A DNA stretch of 63,983 nucleotides, counting the filler, from Trichomonas gallinae (Eukaryota), in the NCBI GenBank assembly GCA_008369845.1. It is 5 parts of 5 records of this genome, joined end to end, with 100 filler letters (N's around TTAATTAATTAA, not from the genome) between each part and the next. Parts side by side here need not be neighbours in the genome. Positions count along the whole stretch, not along the records: positions 48,482 to 61,867 come from MRSU01000109.1; positions 61,968 to 63,983 come from MRSU01000149.1; 3 more parts are not named here. One strand, written 5' to 3'. Below are positions 53,690 through 63,983 of this stretch, piece after piece. The position numbers and the translations under genes are program-made. A model generated the notes under the pieces. That model saw nothing but the letters and a program-made list of their open reading frames with translations. It did no database searches and had not been told where the DNA came from. Each line of letters starts with the position of its first letter. Positions within the stretch are counted from its first letter, which is position 1.

Positions 53690-54901
53690 TTATTTAAATC
53701 CTTTTTCAATTAAGCGTTTCATTACTTTTTGGCGATTATTAACTGAAGCAATTTTATAAGGAGAAACATTATCATAATCCGGCATGTTTATGATATTTGG
53801 AAGTGACAGCAAATACCTGACAACTTTGTTCACTCCTAATTGGCATGCAAACCATAGCGCTGTCCTTCCATTCTTTCCTCTGAAGTTCACATCATATCCA
53901 GCTTCCATAAATTTTTTAATCCGACTTTCAGTGACATATATGTTTGATTGAATGGCATAAATTAATAAATTATTTCCATCAGAATCAATATGATTCTTAT
54001 ATTCTTGTAAATGTTTGATGATTTTCGTATCTGAAATATTTCGAATTGTTTCATAAATCTTTTTAAAGCTTTGAACTCTCGTGGTAACTGGTGCACTTCC
54101 AAGAGGGACGTTTCTTACAGGCTTTTCGATAGATGATTGGATCGTTTTCGGACCAGAGACCGGCTTATCAATGTTTTGATAAGTCTGTCCTGAAAATCCA
54201 AATTGATATGACATTTTCGGTATGTCTTTTGGCATTTGTTGTGTCTGACTTGAAAATGTAGGTGCTGTGAATTCTGGCTTTTGTTGCACCTGATAAAATC
54301 CACGAAAACCAAATGTTGGTGCTGGAACTTTAGGATTTTCTGATTTGTTTTTCAATGTTTGAATTTCATTCCTTAGTTGTTCGATGATTTGATCTTTTTC
54401 TGAAATCGCCTTATTGACGATTTTCTTGACTTCATCTGCGTCATGTCCTTGTACTATTATTTGTGGAGTTTTGTCTTCAGCAATCATAGAATTTGTTGAG
54501 TAAAAATTTTCCTTGACGGTATTAGTCAAATTATCAAATAATTTTGTAAATTTTATAAAATTTTGTTTGTTTTGCTCTGTAAGATCTGATATCATGCGTT
54601 TCAGTTCATCAATAACTCGATTCTGGGATGCAATGGTATTTTTGAGCTCTTTTGTTGGATTTGATTCATCAATTTTAAAGTTTGGAATTTTGTTTTGGAT
54701 TTTTTTAATGGCATCGGAGACACTCATAAGAAATGGTGATTGATACGAGTCTGCAAGTGCATATAATGATAAAAGCGCAAGTTGATAATCGTTTCCAAAA
54801 TCTAGTGGACAGTCTAGTATGTCTAATATATCGTAGTTACCTGATTGAATAACTCTAATGATCGTTTTTTTAGTCGGTTTAAGCGTGTCCGGAAAATACA
54901 T
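53690..54901 (-). CDS. Coiled-coil plus C-terminal ankyrin-repeat protein, tandem paralog
   Basis: GNNLLIYA, GYDVNFRGKNGRTALWFAC; shares IAEDKTPQIIVQGHD with its neighbour. Confidence 0.88.
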   Translation of the reverse strand: MYFPDTLKPTKKTIIRVIQSGNYDILDILDCPLDFGNDYQLALLSLYALADSYQSPFLMSVSDAIKKIQNKIPNFKIDESNPTKELKNTIASQNRVIDELKRMISDLTEQNKQNFIKFTKLFDNLTNTVKENFYSTNSMIAEDKTPQIIVQGHDADEVKKIVNKAISEKDQIIEQLRNEIQTLKNKSENPKVPAPTFGFRGFYQVQQKPEFTAPTFSSQTQQMPKDIPKMSYQFGFSGQTYQNIDKPVSGPKTIQSSIEKPVRNVPLGSAPVTTRVQSFKKIYETIRNISDTKIIKHLQEYKNHIDSDGNNLLIYAIQSNIYVTESRIKKFMEAGYDVNFRGKNGRTALWFACQLGVNKVVRYLLSLPNIINMPDYDNVSPYKIASVNNRQKVMKRLIEKGFK

Positions 54902-55607
54902 AATTTTAAAATGTCACTTTTAATTAAGACATTTTGACAGTTTACAAATTTCTATTCAACAAAAAATTATTTTGTTTTAATTTAATTTAACGAAATGCAT
55001 AAGATGTAAGGGCGTTGAAGAACATTGAATATGAACTAAGATTGCTTTTGTAAACAATTGTAATGTTGCTACTATTCCGATATAATTCGACAGGAAGTGT
55101 GAAGAATATATCACTTTTGTATGTAGGTATAACTTTAGCACTCTTACAACACATTAAAACGGAAAAGCCGAGTCCACCTCTCATATTATAGTCGTTTTCT
55201 TCATCACCTTTATATACGATTTCATATCTTGGATCAACATTAGACAGATTATTTCAATACACCTTTATTTCTTGCTTCAAGATTTGGACATCATGAAGTT
55301 ATCTTATACATTCTCTCAGTTCCTGAAATTAACATCAAATCTAAAATCATAAACGATAATACAGCCTTAAATAGTGCTTCATTTTATGTTCATCTAGAAA
55401 TAGTAAAAATGTTGCATGATCATAATAATGTTTAAATGAACATTTTCCCTAGCTAAATAAGTAGAAAAATTTATAACATTATGATGCTCTCAGCAAACAA
55501 AGTATTCACATTGGGATACTATATTAATATGCTGAATATGAACCTAATATATCTAAAAACATTGAAGTTTTAAATATTTATTATCTATTTTTGCTGTTTA
55601 AACTTTT

Positions 55608-55635
55608 TGACATGTAAATTTGTCAGATTTCAAAA
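55608..55635 (+). promoter_or_regulatory. TGACATGTAAATTTGTCAGATTTCAAAA upstream element
   Basis: Inverted TGACA/TGTCA pair flanking TGTAAA; matches 7112-7137. Confidence 0.55.
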
Positions 55636-55666
55636 ATTCTAAACGTTTTTTTAAATCTCTGTTTTT

Positions 55667-58594
55667 ATGCAAGCGAAAATCGAGCTCTTTGATTTCCGCA
55701 TTTTTCTGGATTCATTGAGCTTGAATATCAGCGTGAACAGAGATTTAATACCAACGGTGCAATTCATGGACTTACTCCCGCTCGATCTTAAGGTTTTATC
55801 GCTAAAAGCAGATGATAAATCACTTAATCTCGGAACAGGCATCGAATTTTTGTCTAGAAACGACTGTTTTCATGTCTTCAAGGTAGCACCGTTATATATA
55901 TACTTTTACACGATGAAATCTCATAAATTCGCCGGTCTGGGAATTGATGTTCATCCTCTTTTAGTAGATGCGTACCGAAATAGCGGCAAACCACAGACAT
56001 TCAAGCATAAATCGGATCTAGAAAACGCTTATCGCGAAATAATAGGAAAATTAACTTTACAAATAACGGTCACTCATATTCCAGCGAACATTGATGATGT
56101 TGAATGTTTAGACCAATTGCAAGGAATCCAGCACAAGCAATCAACAGCAACAAGCGACGTCATTGTTTTACAAGATCAATCAACAGCATCAATGAAAAAG
56201 GCCAAAACTAAAAGAACTACGCATGTATTCGATCCATTTCCTGACTTGCTGTACATGTACGAAGACTATCAAATGGCTACTAACGATTTCATTCAAGAAG
56301 CGATTCCTGTCGATAAAAAGGCCTCCATGGCAATACAATTCAGGCAGTATCAAAAGAACAAGCAATTGCAAGAACTTAGACGCGTATTGGATGTTCATCA
56401 AAATATTGCCGACGATTCTGAGTTTAATCGCATTAATTCATCAAGTGAACCATTCAATACTCCGAGTGAATTTTCCGATTCCGAAGAAACGCAAGGTGTT
56501 CAAGATTTATTGCATGAAATCAGGCAAACACTTGGAGTTGCAACGCCAATGAAGCGCAAGAAGCCTAAACAGCCTGTGGAGTACACATATTCACAGCCGA
56601 TGAATGTGCAAAAGACTCAGCATCCATTAGATTTAGAAGAAAAGAAAGAAATCCGCAAGCACAAAGACAAACAGCTCAATATCAAGCCAATCGGCGATAC
56701 AACACTCACCAGACTCAACAAGAAAGCTCTACCACAGAATCAGCCTCAAGAACCACAGCAAAAACCAAAACGAGTTTCCAAATTCCGTTTGGCGGAGCTT
56801 GCTGTGCAAAAATTGGAAATAGCACAACAAGAACCACCACCTCCACCACCCAAACCCAAACCGAAACGAATGCCGCCTATTATCATGAATGTTCAAACAG
56901 AGAAACCGAAGAAAGAAGAAAAGCCATTGGATCTAAACGCGAAGAAGAAAGCACAGACAGATTTAAGAAGGAAAAAACCGCAAGTTACATCGACAGATAT
57001 TATATCTATCAAGACGAACGAGATTCCTCAACAATCAAAAGCACCACCAGCAAAGAAAGCCGAGCGCGTCAACAAGATACAGCGCACTCAGTCGCAAAAA
57101 GTTGTATCAGCAGAATTACCTAAACCGAAGCCAAATGAGCACCCGCTGAAGCCAGCAAACAAGCCAAAGACAGCAGAAGCTAAGCCAGCAGACAAAAAAC
57201 CAAAGACAACAGACAAAAGTACGACCAAGCAAACTACACAAAAGAAAGATGATAAAACAACCAAAACTAAAACGCAAAACAAGGAAGAAAAGAAAGTTGA
57301 AGAACAAGTTGCTGCTAAACCAGGAAAAGGCGAGCCACTTAATGCAACGGATGACCAGAAGCCAATCAAATCGAAGATCGACGACAAAGGACATAAATCG
57401 AAATCTTCGACTCCAGAAAAAGAACAAGAAAAGAAGAAATCAGACATTTTATCAGATGTTTCCTCATTCACATCTGATAAATCATCCAATGCTAAAACAG
57501 AGAAGGTCGACTCATTCGAATCAACAATCAAAACAGACAAAGTTGACTCATTTGAATCAACGTCAAAGGTTGAAAAAGTTGACTCATTTGAATCCACTTC
57601 AAAAGTCGAGAAAGTCGACTCTTTCGAGTCAACAACTAAATCAGACAAAGTTGATTCATTCGAGTCCACGTCTAAAGTCGAGAAGGTTGACTCTTTCGAA
57701 TCAACAACTAAAACAGACAAAGCTGATTCGTTCGAGTCTACTTCGAAAGTTGAGAAAGTTGATTCATTTGTTTCGACGATCAAAAATGATTCTTTCTCAA
57801 GTCCAAGTGTTAAAGAAGAGAAAGTCGACTCGTTTGAGTCAACTGTTAAGACAGACAAAGTTGATTCATTCGAGTCTACTTCGAAAGTTGAGAAAGTTGA
57901 CTCGTTTGAAAGTTCATCAGCCAAACCTAAACCGACAGAAAATAAAGCAGACACAAATGACATTCTTTCTGACACTAAGTCCATCAGCTCAGGCCTTACA
58001 ATGTCTAATTCATTCGACGAAACAAGTTCTGTCGTACAGCAGCCAGCTCCAAAGAAAGAAGAATCATCTTTCGAAAGTGTTGCATCGAAGAAGAGCGAAA
58101 ACGCTGTTTTGTCAGATACTTTCAGCGCCAGCACATCCAGTCTCATTGAAGCCCCGAAGAGAGAAGAGTTATCTTTCGAGTCAGCGAAGAAGGAAGACTC
58201 TACGTCAATCATGGACTCATTCGGCAGCAAGGAGAGCGACAAGCATTTTCTCGCTGAAGAGCCAGTTATGGACAGCGGCGGAAAGAAAGATTTGGATATC
58301 GACAGTTCTCTCGGTCCGCCTCTTAACGTTGACTCTTTCAAGAAGAAGAGTGATGATGACAGCTTCGCATTCACTTCTTCTGATGGATCAATCGGCATTG
58401 GAAGCGACAAAGACTCTCTTATTGCAACTCTTACGAATGACCAAGAGAAACAGCTCGACGAAGACATTGAAGGCGACGAACTCATGAATCTCATGAACAC
58501 AGAAAACATTGAAGCGAAGAAATCGGGTGCCAATACAAGCGAAGATACTTCAAAGACAGGAGGAAACTCAATTCTATCAGATTTCTCGGATTAA
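55667..58594 (+). CDS. MAP10 (KIAA1383)-like N-terminal domain protein with a long disordered, repeat-containing tail
   Basis: LFDFRIFLDSL..PTVQFMDLLPLDL..LGTGIEFL..PLYIYFY..LENAYREIIGKLTLQITVT resembles the C2-like MAP10 N-terminus. Lys/Pro-rich middle, then 12-aa repeats. Confidence 0.7.
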   Translation: MQAKIELFDFRIFLDSLSLNISVNRDLIPTVQFMDLLPLDLKVLSLKADDKSLNLGTGIEFLSRNDCFHVFKVAPLYIYFYTMKSHKFAGLGIDVHPLLVDAYRNSGKPQTFKHKSDLENAYREIIGKLTLQITVTHIPANIDDVECLDQLQGIQHKQSTATSDVIVLQDQSTASMKKAKTKRTTHVFDPFPDLLYMYEDYQMATNDFIQEAIPVDKKASMAIQFRQYQKNKQLQELRRVLDVHQNIADDSEFNRINSSSEPFNTPSEFSDSEETQGVQDLLHEIRQTLGVATPMKRKKPKQPVEYTYSQPMNVQKTQHPLDLEEKKEIRKHKDKQLNIKPIGDTTLTRLNKKALPQNQPQEPQQKPKRVSKFRLAELAVQKLEIAQQEPPPPPPKPKPKRMPPIIMNVQTEKPKKEEKPLDLNAKKKAQTDLRRKKPQVTSTDIISIKTNEIPQQSKAPPAKKAERVNKIQRTQSQKVVSAELPKPKPNEHPLKPANKPKTAEAKPADKKPKTTDKSTTKQTTQKKDDKTTKTKTQNKEEKKVEEQVAAKPGKGEPLNATDDQKPIKSKIDDKGHKSKSSTPEKEQEKKKSDILSDVSSFTSDKSSNAKTEKVDSFESTIKTDKVDSFESTSKVEKVDSFESTSKVEKVDSFESTTKSDKVDSFESTSKVEKVDSFESTTKTDKADSFESTSKVEKVDSFVSTIKNDSFSSPSVKEEKVDSFESTVKTDKVDSFESTSKVEKVDSFESSSAKPKPTENKADTNDILSDTKSISSGLTMSNSFDETSSVVQQPAPKKEESSFESVASKKSENAVLSDTFSASTSSLIEAPKREELSFESAKKEDSTSIMDSFGSKESDKHFLAEEPVMDSGGKKDLDIDSSLGPPLNVDSFKKKSDDDSFAFTSSDGSIGIGSDKDSLIATLTNDQEKQLDEDIEGDELMNLMNTENIEAKKSGANTSEDTSKTGGNSILSDFSD
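57494..57919 (+). repeat. Coding 36-nt tandem repeat (KVEKVDSFESTS, ~11 copies plus one partial)
   Basis: Visible in both DNA and protein; copies differ mostly at synonymous sites. Confidence 0.95.
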
Positions 58595-58941
58595 TCTGAT
58601 TTATTTATGTATATTATTTTGTTTGTAAATTTAATTATCAAATAAATGTATTTGTTATTATACTTATCTTTTTACCATTTTCTATTTAAATTGATATCAA
58701 ATATTTAATATAATTTCATAGTGTACCATTTTGATATTGGATTTGTCAATATCTCCAATACTAACAGTTATAGATAAGATGTTATGTATTATTTATGTAT
58801 CAAATAATATTTTATTTTTCGTTAGCATTGTTTCTCGCAATATTAGCAACACAAGAATAAATAATATAACAGTGATGAGTTATTAAATGTATCCAAAAAT
58901 CATGTTATTAAAACAAAAAGAAAATATAATATAAAAATATC

Positions 58942-59502
58942 TTATTTGTAGAATTCATTAATTCTAACATATCCGAGATTTTCATACTCTTCAGCATCTT
59001 GAACTCGAAGTGTTATTATTTCATTTTCTTTCAAAACGACCCAATTTCCTCCAATATTGATTGGATCATTGCCTGTACCTTTGATAACAACGCATTCAGC
59101 AATTAAACCCTTAGGAGTTCGCAAGTCTTGGCTTGGATCAAATCCATATTCTTTCAAATATACGGATGTTGCTTTAATGTAATCTGAAAGGAAATCTGAT
59201 TCGGCTGGCGAGAAGTTTCGCTTATATTCTGTTTTAAGAGGACCTCTAGATTTCGATTTTAATTCCATTATTCTTGCAAAACGGGCTTTTGTATAAACAT
59301 TTATGCCTTCCTGCAGTCTTATTGCGCATCTACCTAAAAATTGTTGCGAAGAAAATAGAGTTTCTGTATTTTTCTGAATTTCTAAAGCTTCTATTATATT
59401 TTTTGTTTCACGAATACTCTCTATGTCATATGGAGGCATTCCATCTTTTTCACTATCTAGACTTCTCAATGCCTTCATAATAAAACGAGATGTTTCGGTC
59501 AT
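58942..59502 (-). CDS. PSF1: GINS complex subunit Psf1-like
   Basis: MPPYD, YTKARFARI, FSPAESDFLSDY, DPSQDLRTPKGLIAECVVIK...VVLKEN...AEEYENLGYV follow the Psf1 A-domain/B-domain order; 186 aa. Confidence 0.75.
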   Translation of the reverse strand: MTETSRFIMKALRSLDSEKDGMPPYDIESIRETKNIIEALEIQKNTETLFSSQQFLGRCAIRLQEGINVYTKARFARIMELKSKSRGPLKTEYKRNFSPAESDFLSDYIKATSVYLKEYGFDPSQDLRTPKGLIAECVVIKGTGNDPINIGGNWVVLKENEIITLRVQDAEEYENLGYVRINEFYK

Positions 59503-61867
59503 ACCAAACGTATGAAATTTTTGTCGTGTAAATTTAGTTTACATTTCAAAAATATTATATGCAAGAAAATGTTGTGATTTAGTAAAAATCATTTGATCAA
59601 AGTGCAGCAGAATTGCTCTGCTCTCTTGTGAAATTCAGGAGATGGCAAGCCATTATGATTCTACTATATTTTCGAAAAATAGAATCAATGAAAATTGCCT
59701 AAAACAAAAACCACTTATTGAAAATTCTGAGTAAGTTCAGCATATACGAAATTCTGAAATAACTTTGCCGAAAAACTTACAAATCAATATTTTTTATTAC
59801 AAAACCAAAGAAAATCATAGCTCAACAACGGAAGGACATATTACTTTCAATCATGGGCTATTCAATAAACTAATGAATTCAATTGAGTTCCTATTTTTAC
59901 GACTGGCTTGATTGAGTTCTCATAATGCAATCATTACACATGCTCAGCAGCATGAAATTGTCACTTGCTTTGGTCATATTTTTAATACTTGTAAATAAAA
60001 ATTATATATTTTCTACACTTAGCTCAATACTTCTAGAAGTATGATTTTATGCATGAGTCTCCTTCTTTTGATCGTATTTTTAAACTTGAACATCACTCTT
60101 TTGAAAATGAGATTTTTTATTTATTGCAAAAAATAATAATAAATTTGCATAAAAATCAAGATATTTTATTCAATTTTTCATTTTTTATCATTTTTAAAGC
60201 GTGGGGTGTTATGTATAATACAAGCAGGTGGAGCTATTGAATTCGATTTTCATGATCAAAAGTGCCAATTTATTATTGACTAGATATTTATTCGAAGCGT
60301 ATCATAAAAAGTATTATGAATCAGTATCATCCTGCATCAAGAAATCAAAGTAGTACAATCAGCTACATTCAAACAACATTTTACTCTTGATTCTCAAAAT
60401 TTATACGAAAAATCTAACGATTAAGAGACAATTACAGAAAATTTGCGTCAAACTATTACCAATATCTCGATGTGTAACAATAATTTACTACAATTTCGAT
60501 TTTCAAATGTATATCCTTTACAAAATTATAATACGAACATGTTTTCAAGCTTCATTTCCGAATACACTTAAGAAATAATCATGTCAGTACTCCGAACTTA
60601 GTTGAATCAACAATCGAATATTTTTCAAATTTTTTTGAAAGGTAACAGGTATGTACAATTTCGATTATTACATTATCTAGACAATATATATTTCAATTGT
60701 ATCTACAAGAGCGTCTCATATGATAGTTTTATGATATCTGCGATCGAAATTAGCATAAAATCATACCGGTATGATTGATTTTATATACAATTCATACAAG
60801 AAATTTTGTATCCAACAATGGCTCGTTGAATACGATATTTTTGGATTGCCATGATAAAATTTATGCAACCATTGGCCAATATTGCAACAGTACAATCAGC
60901 ACATGCGTGATTACGGTAACAATGCATTTATCTTTGATTGATCAATTATTTAATCTTGATCGATTTTTTTCAAAGTTTAGACCGAATATTAAATTCGTCG
61001 CTGACTGGATATAGTTTCTTCTTTAAAGAACCCAGCTATCATCAATAGATTCCTATTTAGGGGCAACTATTTGCAGATTTCTCAATTTGGAAAATTTATA
61101 CATTTTTGATCTTTGGTTTGTTGTGTATTTGAAGGAATTCATTATATACATCCGACCTATTTAAGTAAAATGGCATTTATATTACTTTTGTTTGTGATTA
61201 ATGTCATTCGATGTGAAATAAGCTTAGCGATTTATAAATTATAGAGAATTTTAAGTCCATAGAAGGCAAAGAATTTATATTATCAAAATCATAAAATTTT
61301 ATGCAAATAAACTTTGATTTGAAATTATTAAAAAAGAAAATCATGAATAAATCGCAGATTATGATTAAAGAGTAAGTATAGATGCCAATGTAACGAGAAG
61401 TAAGGAAAAATAAAGATTTGAGGTGAAAGTTTTTATTGGCCGAGGAAGAACAAGAAAATTTTTTGAATATAGAATATTTAGATACTATATATGCTATATT
61501 TAATGCAATCAAAATTTTTGAATAGCTATGAAAAACTGATCGAATAGTTATCATATTTATGCTACTAATAATGTTTATAATGTAAAAAATGGAAAATTTT
61601 TGAAAAGGAATTTTTTATTTACCTGTTATAGAACATGAATTTAGAAAAACCACTAAAAAATTGGATAACAAAATTTTTTTTTGACAAATCAAAATTTTAA
61701 TAAAAATATACTCTATTTAATGTAATAATGAATTCCATATTAAACAGATTTTATTGTTTTTCAAATCAGCCCATCATATTTTTCTGAGTTACCGAGGGCA
61801 CAATAGCCAAGGTACAATTGAATAGCCTTAGAACAACTTTCTGAGTGCTTTCAAATTTGTTTATGTA

Positions 61868-61967
61868 NNNNNNNNNNNNNNNNNNNNNNNNNNNNNNNNN
61901 NNNNNNNNNNNTTAATTAATTAANNNNNNNNNNNNNNNNNNNNNNNNNNNNNNNNNNNNNNNNNNNN
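61868..61967. other. Artificial contig linker
   Basis: N44-TTAATTAATTAA-N44. Confidence 0.97.
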
Positions 61968-62293
61968 TAAATCACACATATCAACAATTCTAATTATCAC
62001 AAAATTAGTTTGAAATTCGCAAAAAATCGAGTTGAATCACTTCTATAAACATCATAAAAGAACATATGAAACATATTAGCAAATGTGTAAATAAGATAAC
62101 AATATGATGGAAAAGACTCTGTTTAATATAATATATTTTTAAAATTTAAAATTTAGGTTTATGATCATTTCTGTTTGATAAATAAGTTAATTAGCTTATA
62201 AATATATAGAAAATAGATATAAAAATGCAAAAAAATACAAATCAATAAATGAGGGTCTAAAAAAATAAAGAAAGGTTATTACAAATCTATATA

Positions 62294-63983
62294 ATGTCGA
62301 GGCAACAAGCGGATCCAGCTTTTGTCCTTAACTTTTTCACAGAAGAGCTCAACAGCGACAACGTTCACCACAGATTGTTCGCTGCCAGTAATATTGCACT
62401 TGTTGCTGCAGCGATGGGCCCAGAACACGCTAGAACCGATTTAGTTCAATTTCTGATGAATGCGAACCAATTGGACGGTGAAGTACAGATGATACTTGCC
62501 GATAATATGGGAAATCTCATAAAATACGTTGGTGGACAAGAATATGCATCTTCATTACTCGGCCCTCTTAAGATTTTGGCCTCGGCTGAAGAAGCAATCG
62601 TTCGTGACAAAGCTATTGAATCAATGAATGCAGTTTGTAATGCAATTCCTACAGCATCAGCTGATAACTTTTTAATGACTACAGCTAGAGATCTCGCTAC
62701 AGCAGAATTTTTCACAGCACGCGCATCAGCATCAGCTTTTATCGTAAAAGTATACGAAAAATTAAGCGAAACTAATAAAACAACTGTTAGACAAATTTAC
62801 AAGTCACTCGCTAAAGATGAAACCCCAATGGTTAGAAGGAGTGCATTAAAATACCTCCCGCAACTATGTGAATCGTTAAATGCCAACATTATCGTTTCAG
62901 AAATTGCAAAAGATATTTTAATGAGCTCAGTTAACGATGATGAGGACTCTGTTCGTCTTCTCTTACCATCATCACTGTCAGTTATATCTTCCAAACTCGG
63001 AGATGCTGATCGTTTAAGTTTAATTATTTCACTCGGAAAAATAATCGTTAAGGACGGAAGCTGGCGTGTTAGATCTGCTTTTGCCACACAAATACCATCA
63101 ATTGCCAAGCCATTTGCGCCAGATGCCATAATAACTGAAATCTGTCCAATTTTATTCCGTTTATTGCACGATCCAGAGGCTGAGGCTAAAACTGCAGCCG
63201 TAAAGGCAACCAGTGGAATGCTTCCTTTATTGTCAAAACAAGAAAATTATGTAATAGAAAAAGTTATTCCCGAATTATCGCTATTAACGAACGACAGCTC
63301 GCCAACTGTTCGCCGCGAAGTTGCTCTCCACATCATGGAGCTTGCTCCAATTATAGGAAAACAGCACGTTTCGCAATCAATTGTTCCGTTATTTGGACAA
63401 ATCTTGCATGATACAGATAATGAGGCCTCTGTTGCACTTCTAACATCACTACTACAACATGTCGAAGAGGTGGACATGGCCAGTATTGTCCCTGCTGTCC
63501 TTCCGACAATTCTAGAAATTGCGTCTGATTGTCACTGGAGAGTCACAGTTGCAATCATCAAGTTAGTTCCAAGCTTCGGGTCTGTCATCGGGGCAGACGA
63601 GTTCGGGAAGAAACTCTTGCCTTTGGTCCAAAACTGGCTCGTTCACATGATTTTCTCAGTTCGAGAGACAATGACGCAGCAGCTTGGCGAGCTCGTTCAA
63701 GAATTCGGACAGGAATGGGTTGTCCAGAATCTCGTTCCATATATATTAGGTTTGAAGACACATAATAACTATTTGATCAGGCAAGTCACTCTTCTCTCTA
63801 TATCACGTCTGCAGGGATACATGCCAATCAATCTCATCGTGAAGTACTTCCTTGCTTCTGTCTTGTATATGTCGAACGACAGAACCCCCAATGTTAAGTT
63901 TTTAGTTGCGAAAACTCTTTTGCTCTTCCTCAACGCTAATGACACGAAAGTATCGCAGCAGATCAGCGCGTGTTTGAAGCAGC
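62294..63983 (+). CDS. PP2A scaffold (A/PR65) subunit, 3'-partial; absent from the ORF track
   Basis: ATG 62294: MSRQQADPAFVLNFFTEELNSDNVHHRL..MGPEHARTDLVQFL..DGEV..YVGGQEY..EEAIVRDKAIES..DETPMVRRSA..DDEDSVRLL..DGSWRVR..HWRV..PNVKF. Runs off the window end. Confidence 0.93.
   Translation, partial: MSRQQADPAFVLNFFTEELNSDNVHHRLFAASNIALVAAAMGPEHARTDLVQFLMNANQLDGEVQMILADNMGNLIKYVGGQEYASSLLGPLKILASAEEAIVRDKAIESMNAVCNAIPTASADNFLMTTARDLATAEFFTARASASAFIVKVYEKLSETNKTTVRQIYKSLAKDETPMVRRSALKYLPQLCESLNANIIVSEIAKDILMSSVNDDEDSVRLLLPSSLSVISSKLGDADRLSLIISLGKIIVKDGSWRVRSAFATQIPSIAKPFAPDAIITEICPILFRLLHDPEAEAKTAAVKATSGMLPLLSKQENYVIEKVIPELSLLTNDSSPTVRREVALHIMELAPIIGKQHVSQSIVPLFGQILHDTDNEASVALLTSLLQHVEEVDMASIVPAVLPTILEIASDCHWRVTVAIIKLVPSFGSVIGADEFGKKLLPLVQNWLVHMIFSVRETMTQQLGELVQEFGQEWVVQNLVPYILGLKTHNNYLIRQVTLLSISRLQGYMPINLIVKYFLASVLYMSNDRTPNVKFLVAKTLLLFLNANDTKVSQQISACLKQ

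Noticed and set aside
57088..58533. 481-aa antisense ORF and 412-aa alternative-frame ORF
   Set aside because: Shadows of the repetitive, codon-biased sense gene; low-complexity translations with no motifs.
21846..63983. Functional clustering of PP2A B56 x2 with the A subunit, or of trafficking and GTPase genes
   Set aside because: Separated by artificial contig joins, and these families are heavily expanded in trichomonads, so co-occurrence is expected.

Overview
AT-rich, gene-dense eukaryotic DNA with no introns that I could detect. It looks like a trichomonad parabasalid (Trichomonas-like): BspA-like LRR, Pmp-like GGA-repeat and DUF3447-ankyrin families, Inr-like TCA(C/T)T just before start codons, TAAA stop/poly(A) signals, and a hydrogenosome-type presequence. 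The window is five contigs joined by four artificial 100-nt N+TTAATTAATTAA linkers, so gene order across them is unverified. About 27 CDSs are present, four of them partial, plus two pseudogenes. They include an EF-hand protein, RasGAP, Myb, two divergent PP2A B56 subunits, Rab, Ras, OsmC, a family-B DNA polymerase, a longin, a single-domain NAD synthetase, an importin-beta-like protein, a MAP10-like protein, GINS Psf1 and a PP2A A subunit that the ORF track misses. The most interesting observations are: (1) a recurring TGACA/TGTAAA composite element upstream of many unrelated genes, sometimes tandemly amplified; (2) an AT-hook plus C-terminal cupin protein with CENP-C/Mif2-like architecture; (3) a Pol-delta-like polymerase with intact polymerase motifs but no proofreading motifs; (4) a VAMP7-like longin that has lost its SNARE helix; (5) a 97-nt inverted repeat. 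All family calls are by-eye motif recognition, not database searches.
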